In this document: positions 55,001 through 64,000 of the stretch, in pieces | Layout of the letters: every line of letters begins with the position of its first letter | How positions within the stretch are numbered: position 1 is the first letter of the stretch | Assembly (NCBI GenBank): GCA_003344405.1 | Contig: NOWV01000146.1 | Location: 62,001-126,000, forward strand | Length of the DNA: 64,000 nucleotides | Source of the DNA: Trichoplax sp. H2 | Lineage: Eukaryota | Direction: 5' to 3' | Notes under the pieces: generated by a model | Database searches by the model: none | What the model was told of the DNA's origin: nothing | What the model saw: the letters and a program-made list of their open reading frames with translations, nothing else | Program-made: the position numbers and the translations under genes

Positions 55001-58000
55001 TAGCGTAATTGAGCGATATCTATTTACTCCGTGCACCGATTCATTGTTGCATAATTAGGTTGAGCCTACATGAGTGTTGTCATCATAAACATTAATGTAA
55101 TAGTTATAATAACCTGTGATATTAATATGATATTGATAATAAAAATCATCCAATCTTTTTATTATAATATGATTTGTGTTACACCATGTACATGCTTATT
55201 CGTGATTTAGTCATAATCTAATTTTTTGATTTTAGGCAATAAGCAGAAACGTGACAGTTTTGGCCATCCATCTGCAAAAAAGCAAAAAAAATTGGTAAAA
55301 TATTTACTCCGTTACATCGGTAGCAATGTTATAGCATTTACTACTGATTTATTGTTTACAAATTCTAAACCTATACGTAAATAATGGTCTGTAAATGTTA
55401 TTAGAAGTTGTCACTGAACGACTCGCCTGGGTTGTGAATATTGAAAAATATATGATGTAACAATCTTAGTTATAAGTTATGTACTACAGTAGTAATATCC
55501 AAATTATTTAAGACTTTATAGATAAGATATAACGTTTTCGAATGATTATGAGCATAATACCGTAGTATCTTTGAAGGAATGAGAATAACCTATAACATTA
55601 CTTGTACATGTATGTACGTGTGTTAATCAGAGTTACTTTAAGTGCACGACACAAAGTGTGACACGGAAATTCCGTTTTATGTAGTACTGTAACTGTACTT
55701 TCTGAACTGACCGTAGTCGAAAAGAAGTTATGTACCTTTTCTCTAGTTTCTATCCAAATTCATATTGGGCGTTATATCAAAAATTTTTTGTAACTTCAGG
55801 CAATGAAACCAATCCAAAGCATGTTTCTAGCAAGTAGCAAGAAGACTCAGGTAAAGCAGACTCTTTGAATTTTAGTGATCCACTGTTTTTTTTATGTTCT
55901 GGCTATGCTAACACCGTATCTTATGTTTATGTGTTCTTCTAGAATAACAAGAACGTAAAGTTAGAAAACGATGACCTGTTGGATGATATTTTACAAGAAA
56001 TAGAGGTAAAAAAATGTTATCGAATATATTCTTCTTGACGTCTTCCAGCCCTGGCCTACATGCTGTCATGAACACTAACCCTATTCTCGATTTTAATCTC
56101 TACTTTTAGAAAAAAGACCCTGTACCAAATGCGAATAAGTCTGATCGGTAAAATATTTTAACCAGAAATATCCGTTCTATTAAATTTCGATATTAATTAT
56201 TCTACTTGACCAATTACTGTCTACAATCCAATTACAGAACACCATCTAATCCTAGAAATCAAAAACAACTTACCGGAGCTGTATGTCATATAATATCTTG
56301 CAACAGCTACTTAACGCGATCGTCAGTTACATTAGTTCCAAAAGTTTTAATAATAAATCTGAACATATGCTTCGTTTAGGCTATGAAAAGGCGATTATAT
56401 GTCCGTGAGCCAATTGATGTTCAACCGGAGAAATCGAAAGTCAAACGCGTTGACAATATTTCATGTAGGTATACAAGTCATTTGAACGTATCAGGTCAGG
56501 ATAATTTTTCTGGCGCAACTACAGTATTTACATCACTAAGTAAAAAGATAAAGTTTCTTTAATGTTACTTACTAATTACTCAAACGATATTATTCGATTA
56601 GTTTCTGTAATATTCTCATTTTGTATAAATCAATGAATAGCATGCAATAAAACTTTATTTTTCTGGAATTGTATTATGATGATAATAGCATTCAAAAACA
56701 GCCGGATCGATAGGAATCTAACGGAGGCTTATACAGCAAGTAGCCTTCCTGTAATAAAAAAAGAACCAGGCATATATCGTGAACCATCGTGAGTACTGAA
56801 ATGTCAATCTAATACATTGCAATCTATTATGACATCACAACAACGTAACCACGGTTTCTCCTTATGCTGCAAATATTATATCCTAAGGCTTCCGGATTCT
56901 TCTATTAAACAAGAAATTGATTCTCATACCGAAAATTACATTCCTGCTGTGAAGGTATGTGATTCTTAGTTAAGACGATAGGTTACTACTTTAGAGCAAC
57001 ATACAGTTTTTGTTCTGACCAACAAAACACAACTTTTTATATAGGAATCTGACGATTTTACTAGCAATGATGACTTAGACATTGTAATGAATGACATTGA
57101 TGGTAAGTTATAACTAAAAATGCCATCGGTATCGGTTATTTTATACACAAAACGCTATTGAATTAAATTAAGCCCTAAAATGTTACATTTAACAAATTTG
57201 ATTAAACAGCCTTCCCAGATTGTGAGAATACAGATACGGTTAATCCTGAGGAGGAAAATGTAAATGCAGTCAAAAATGACCGATTGCGTCATCTTTCTAC
57301 ATCGTAAGCTACATTCACTGCTACCCTAGCTATTTTACGACTGATCCTGTAAAATAAAACTAAATATATTTACGTTGGGTCGTAACAGGTCGGACTTTAT
57401 TTCGAATCACGATCTGGAATTAATGACAGACGAGACGCTACATAATTCCGATTTTCAGGTACACTGTACCAACACTTACGAGTATTTTGATAATTATCTT
57501 CTTAGTCATAATATAGTGTCACTAATTAGTCGAATATTAATTCAAATTTACAGAAAGTCGATAGTATGGCTACTACAACACCCACTATACCAGTTGATGA
57601 GATAGACGGTCGGTTGCGCAACATTGCTATTCTAAACTTTTTAAGATAACGTTAATGTCTAACACTGGCAATATAATATCAAATTTGTTACAGGTGAAAA
57701 ATATATCGACTTCTTTTGGTTTGATGCTTACGAAGACCCAAGTCTTCAGAAAGGTAGGATTAAACATTGAGATAGATAGTTGGTTATATTGTTACTTATA
57801 ATTTTATCTACCGTAGGGATTATTTATCTGTTTGGTAAAGTCAAAACTAAAGAAAATGCATATGCTAGGTAATACATTGATTGGCCTAATGACTTTTATT
57901 TAAAATGGACGTTAATTCATACAGTAATGAGGTAATTTTCACTCGGATATAGTTGCTGCCTAATTGTGAAAAATATAGAACGCGATATTTACATCTTACC

Positions 58001-61000
58001 AAGAAAAACCGTAAGTGTTATTAGGAAATGTCCAAATGACGCTCATGAGACTGAAGTAGTTATTTATGCGTCTATGAAATAAAATTAACGTGAATTTATA
58101 TCATGTGTAGCGTTTAGACACGGACGGTTCAGACTCGGGAATTGAAGTTACTATGAAAGATGTGTACGAGGTACTTCTATAAATATATTAAATGTGTCAA
58201 ATTTTAATGAATTTTGTAAGACGATTTGCTTGATCTAAATAGGAATTTAGTGAAATTTGTAATAAGAACAAAATAATGACGTTCCGAAGCAGAGTAAGAT
58301 CATAGTAAAAACAAATTATAATACTTTACGAAACAAAATATGCTAAATTACATATTTTATAATTATGTGTGTTACTGTGCATTAATCGTTGACATATCAA
58401 TACTATATAGGTAACTAAAAAGCGATATGCTTTTGAATTGAAAGATGTGCCTGTTGAATCGGAATATTTGCACGTTAAATATAGTGTAAGCTTTATAGAC
58501 AATAAGTACATTTTAAACATGTATTTAGATGAAAATATTTCGGAATAACGTGCATTTATATTTTCCTTTCAATTCAGGCTGCTTTACCGCAAATAAAAAG
58601 TGATATGCAAGGGCAGACATTCAGTCATGTATTTGGAACCAACACGTCGAGGTCAGCTATATATTGAGTGTTCTAAGATGGAATCAAAATATTTATGTTC
58701 TGGCCAACTTTATCTTTGATTCATAGTTTGGAGTCGTTTTTACTACATAACAAAATTATGGGCCCCAACTGGCTTAGAATCAGAAACCCACGTTAGTTCC
58801 TAGTATATTGGTCAATTAGTACATAACATATGCAATTATTAATGTATAATTAATTCAATGCAATAGAATTTCCATCACAAAAAGTAAGCTACTGCAGATC
58901 TGAGGTACGTATACGCGTATACAAAATTTTGGCACTATACTTATATATCTGAAAATGACTGTATGTTGACATGTATGTAATCACATTTGCAGATTTGTGT
59001 TGATGACCCTGAAACTATTAAAGTCTTACAAGGGAATGAACTGCCTAAAATGGTACTTTTCTTGCTAATGTTAATATTTAATTTTTTTAATATTTTTACA
59101 TAATTCTGCTACCATATACTGCTTTGAATTAAATTTATATCTTACCTAAAATCTATACAGACTATCCTAAGTTTCAGTATGAAAACGATCATTAACCCTA
59201 AGACTCATGAAAATGAGGTTAAAAGTTTGATATTGCTTTTTAAGTGCTAATCCTCCTACCAATTATTCCGTGTGTACTAATTTCTGATCATAATTTTATC
59301 TCTGCAATGAATTTAAAATTAATGTACCCCAGATTGTAGCGATCGCTGCTGTAACACACCAATCATTTTACTTTGATAAACCACCCCCAAAATCTTTATT
59401 CGAGGGTCACTTCGTAGGTACGTAGAAAGATGTTGATTGACAATCATCTAGTTTTACTTGCTAAAATACCATTTTATGTGTTGCAAGATAAAATAAGATT
59501 ACATTAGCTTAATTGAAAAGGCTACATTTTTTATTTCTAGTTATTAGAAATCTCGTCGATCATAACATCCCGATGGGTTTTCGCGATTTTATGAAACAAA
59601 AGGTTTATGTCATGTTTTACAATCATACATTTTTATTAAACAATTTTACGCTCATCAAAACTGGCGCGACTAATCTGCAATTTTGATCGAGTAGAATATA
59701 AATCTTGAAATCTCATCCACGGAAAGAGCATTATTAAGTTTTTGGCTCGCTAAAGTACAACAAATCGACCCTGATATCATCGTGGTAAGCTAACTTGTAT
59801 CTTGCCATCGTTCTTTATACCTACATTGAAGTGAATGTGCCTTTTATCCAATTCTCAGGGACATAATATATGTGGATTTGATATCGATGTTATCCTTCAT
59901 AGAATGAATACGTGTAAAGTAAGATACCTATCGCTTATGTCTGGCACATGCTACCTTTTTGTTCTTATGCAATCTAATGGGAATGTCCTTATCTTAGGTG
60001 TCGTTATGGTCGCGAATTGGAAGAATTAAAAGACATGCCATGCCTAAATTATCTGTTAGTCTCGATGTGCACACATTTAATGGCGCATTCCGTTTATCCT
60101 CACAGCTGTATTTTAGTCTGATATGATATTAGTATCACATTTGCATTTATTATTCATCTTCGTAAATCGCTGTCATTTCCATTTAATCTTTATGATTACA
60201 GTCTACCGTCGGTGGTTTCGGATTTGCAGACCGTTCCGCTTGTTGTGGTCGATTAATTTGTGATGCCAAAACATCCGCTAAGGAATTAATTCGAGTTAAA
60301 AGTTATGATCTTACAGGTAATGTGTACAACTGTGAACCTTAGGTCTTGCCTAGTCTTTGATAGAAATGCTTATATAATTATTTCAATTACATATCTTTGC
60401 AGAACTCACATCATACGTTCTGAAAGCGAAAAGATTCGATATTAACCAAGATGAGATTGCAGATAAATTTAAGTATGGTGTTTATGGGTTTCAAAAATTT
60501 AAATCAGTTAATAGTATTCACTAATTTCTTTGCAAACTTTTAAAATATTTTTAGCTCTGTTGGTGATCTATTCGCTCTAGTAAACCATACTTTCGTAAGT
60601 AATAAAATATCACACTGTGATAATAGTATATGAATATCATATTTCTTTACTTAAATTATATCAAACTCATAATAGATGGATGCAACCTTTGCCTTGCGGA
60701 TTGTGTATGAGTTGAACGTAAGCATCTTAGAAATTTAAGGTCAATTTTGGCGATCAACTTTCAGCTCAAGGAATTTTCTTATTTACTTTTTAACGGACAG
60801 GCGTTACCCTTAGCCTTACAAATTACCAACATTGTTGGAAATGTACTATCACGAACTCTCCTTGGTGGAAGATCGGAGAGAAATGAATTTTTACTCCTGC
60901 ACGCATTTTCTGAAAAGTAAAGATTTAAAGAATTGCTGAATATTTAAATAGTACAAATTTTCTAAGTGTTATAATTTTATTACTATAGAGATTTCGTTTG

Positions 61001-64000
61001 TCCTGATAAAAGTTTTAAAAAGAAGCAACAGGTTTGGGTTCTATACGAATTTAACTTTTTATGCAATATTGATGATAATTGTATGTTACAAACTTGAAAA
61101 TATCAGTTTAATGAAGAATTTGAAGACCACGATGATGCGGCAAAATCTAATAATAGGCGTAAAAAGCCGGCGTATTCCGGTGGTTTAGTTCTTGAACCAA
61201 AAAAAGGTATAACACGAGTTGTTCTTAGTGGTATAACTAAATTATGTCCCTCATGATTTCATTGATGAATATTACTTACTTTGCTTTTCCTAGGCTTCTA
61301 TGACAAATATATTTTGCTGCTGGATTTTAACAGTCTGTATCCGACGATCATTCAAGAATTTAACATATGCCTCACTACAGTTGATCGTCATCATCTTGCA
61401 GCGGATGAGAACAATGATAACGTATGTCTACATTTCTGTCACTTTTAATGTCAAAAGATTTCGTTGTAGCTACATAAATGAGGTCGAATGATTATCATGA
61501 TCGATACTTGCTATAGGAGTTGGAATGTGAATATCCTAGTCCAGACTTAGAGCCTGGTGTTCTTCCGCTAATCCTGAAAGGACTTGTAGAGCGACGAAGA
61601 GAGGTATTTGTACAGCATATCTTATTTTGGCTGATAGTTAAGCTGCTGTTAACATCTTATGTACAATTAAAATTATAAAGGTAAAAGGCTTAATGAAAAG
61701 TTGCAAAGATGAATTGGCCTATAAACAAGTAAGTATAGCCTACTACTGGTAATACCGAAATATTTCGTTTTGGGAGTACGGCCACCTGTACTTAAGACTA
61801 ATATTCCTCATTCATCGTCTTGTATTGCAGTATGACATTCGCCAAAAAGCTCTGAAATTAACGGCAAACAGGTACATCATTCATATGCCTGTTACAACTT
61901 AGAATTTAAATTAAGACGTACTCTAATGCTTATTATATTGCAGCTTGTATGGCTGTTTAGGATTTTCGAATTCGAGATTTTATGCAAAACCTTTAGCCGC
62001 TTTGGTAACAAGTAAAGGAAGAGAGGTAGAAAACTATATTATTTATTTGTCATGCTTGCGTTTTAAAGCTAAAGATATTTTTGTTTTTCCAAGATTTTAA
62101 CTAAAGCTAAAGAATTGGTGGAAAATGTAAGATATAATAGTCAAACATATTAAATAATGAATATTTCCTTCGTCATATAAAATTACTTAAATCATGTTTC
62201 TTTGAATTACAGCAAATGTTATTGGAAGTTATTTATGGTGATACCGATTCAATCATGATAAATACCAATTCAACTAACTTAGACGAAGCTTATAACCTTG
62301 GTCATAAAGTGAAAGCAGAAATTAACAAATCCCATAGACTTTTAGAAATAGACATTGACGGTGTCTTCAAATCTATGCTTTTGCTAAAGAAAAAGAAGTA
62401 CGATATTTACTACAATATTTATACGAAAAGCTAGATATAACGAAACGATATATTAACTTAATATAATTTCATTTTACAAGGTACGCAGCTCTTGCAATCC
62501 AAAAGAATGAAGACGGTAGGAAGTTGTTTTTCGATATCAAAATTTTTCTCTAATAGGCTATTTGATGTCATTTGATCGTTACTTTTTATCTATAGGAACT
62601 CTTTCCGAAGTTAAGGAACTGAAAGGCTTAGACATAGTCAGAAGAGATTGGTGTCAATTAGCAAAGGACGTTGGAAAGTAAACACTATGGATACATAAAA
62701 TTTATAAATTTAAATCATTTGCTATAACAAGTTTAAAACTTTTCCAGCTACGCCCTATCACAAATTTTATCTTCGGATTCTCGTGAGAATATTGTCGATA
62801 AAATTCATTCCTATCTCACTGAAGGTAATTTATTACTATCTTCCTGAAATAATAATTAAGTTAAAACGTTTGTTTATCTTGGAAGTTCTACTTTATTAGC
62901 CAGTAAAAACTAAATATTGATGAAAATTTTAAAATTTCGTTTTTGTTTTATAATTAGTTGGAGACGACGTCCGTTCCGGTCGCATCGACATAGATAAATA
63001 CATTATTTTAAAAGTATGTCTTCATATTATACTGGAAGTTAGATATTCTGACTATGGTAAATGTCTATTTGCTTTAAAATTTTAATTCCCCTACTGCCAA
63101 TACAGACTTTGTCGAAGTCGCCTAACGATTACCCTGATAAAAAGAGCTTACCTCATATTCATGTGGCGTTATGGATGCAAACTGAAAATCGTAGAGTGCA
63201 AATTGGTGATGCTGTTCCTTATGTAATTTGTGATGTAAGTGCTGCTACCAAATTATGCACATATATATCCATGGAAAATAATTACTGGATGACAACAGTT
63301 AACTCCTATTGCAACTTAGGATGGATCGCAGTTGAATGTCGCCCAACGAGCCTTCCATCCTGACCAATTTCGCAGATCTGATTCCCTTAAGATTGGTATG
63401 TGCTAAGAATTTTATTCTTGAAATTAAGCTATTATCAATAGTTATTCCGAATTCGAATAGATTCTATCCCTGCGATTTGTGAAATTATAGTAACTTCATT
63501 TTTAATTTACACTTGTTGTATTTGTACCTTTCATGCAGATTTTAAGTATTATCTGGCATATCAAATACACCCCGTTGTTTCACGCCTATGTGATCCTATA
63601 GAGGGTACAGATTCCGCTCGGATAGCTGACTGCTTAGGTATTATATTACGAATTTAAAAAAGTCTGTAGTAGCTGTTGCAAATGATTCTTTGTACTGAAC
63701 AGTTTCTTATGTTTCGCTAGGTTTGGATGGCTCACAATACAAACATAAGAGCTATTCAGCAGAACAAAATGAATCTGATGCCATGCTTGGTGATATGCAT
63801 ATGAGCTTGGAAGAACAGTTTAAGGTTAATTTACAATATTAAGATTAATTGGGAATTCTTATTAATGATTAATATCAATTCTACTATGACACAGAACGTG
63901 GAACCTCTAAAAATTAGTTGTCCGAAATGTAAGGTAACAGAAGATTTTGCCGGTGCATATAATAAGGTAAGGACCAAATACAATTTGTTATTTGCTGCTA
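52077..64000 (+). CDS. POLA1: DNA polymerase alpha catalytic subunit (family B), 3'-partial, ~55 exons in window
   Basis: N-terminal [72 protein letters not shown]; motif [20 protein letters not shown]; motif [19 protein letters not shown]; motif [26 protein letters not shown]-terminal zinc finger begins CPKC. The last visible exon ends at 63966. Confidence 0.98.

Overview
AT-rich, intron-dense animal DNA. The gene set, the many introns of roughly 65-150 nt and an EEEE-pore NALCN suggest a placozoan such as Trichoplax (inference, not verified). Exons were spliced by eye from GT-AG boundaries. In order: a heavily decayed LRR-containing class A GPCR pseudogene (-, ~1216-3590); two tandem repeat arrays; an amino-acid permease-like gene (+, 5580-10972); MIPEP (-, 11830-18533); NALCN (+, 19943-35711, divergent from MIPEP); an RFX4/6-type transcription factor (-, 37705-45303); a SAT1/SAT2-family acetyltransferase (-, 48412-50644); and POLA1 (+, from 52077, running off the window end, divergent from SAT). 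The SAT/POLA1 promoter appears twice around an N gap, probably two haplotypes. Main observations: patches of CAGTA/TACTG pentamers just 5' of five of the six intact genes, a perfect 16-bp POU4-type site upstream of RFX, a calcium-channel-like EEEE filter in NALCN, and an intron-bearing permease resembling the bacterial Trp/Tyr family. No RNA genes, CRISPR arrays or autonomous mobile elements could be supported.
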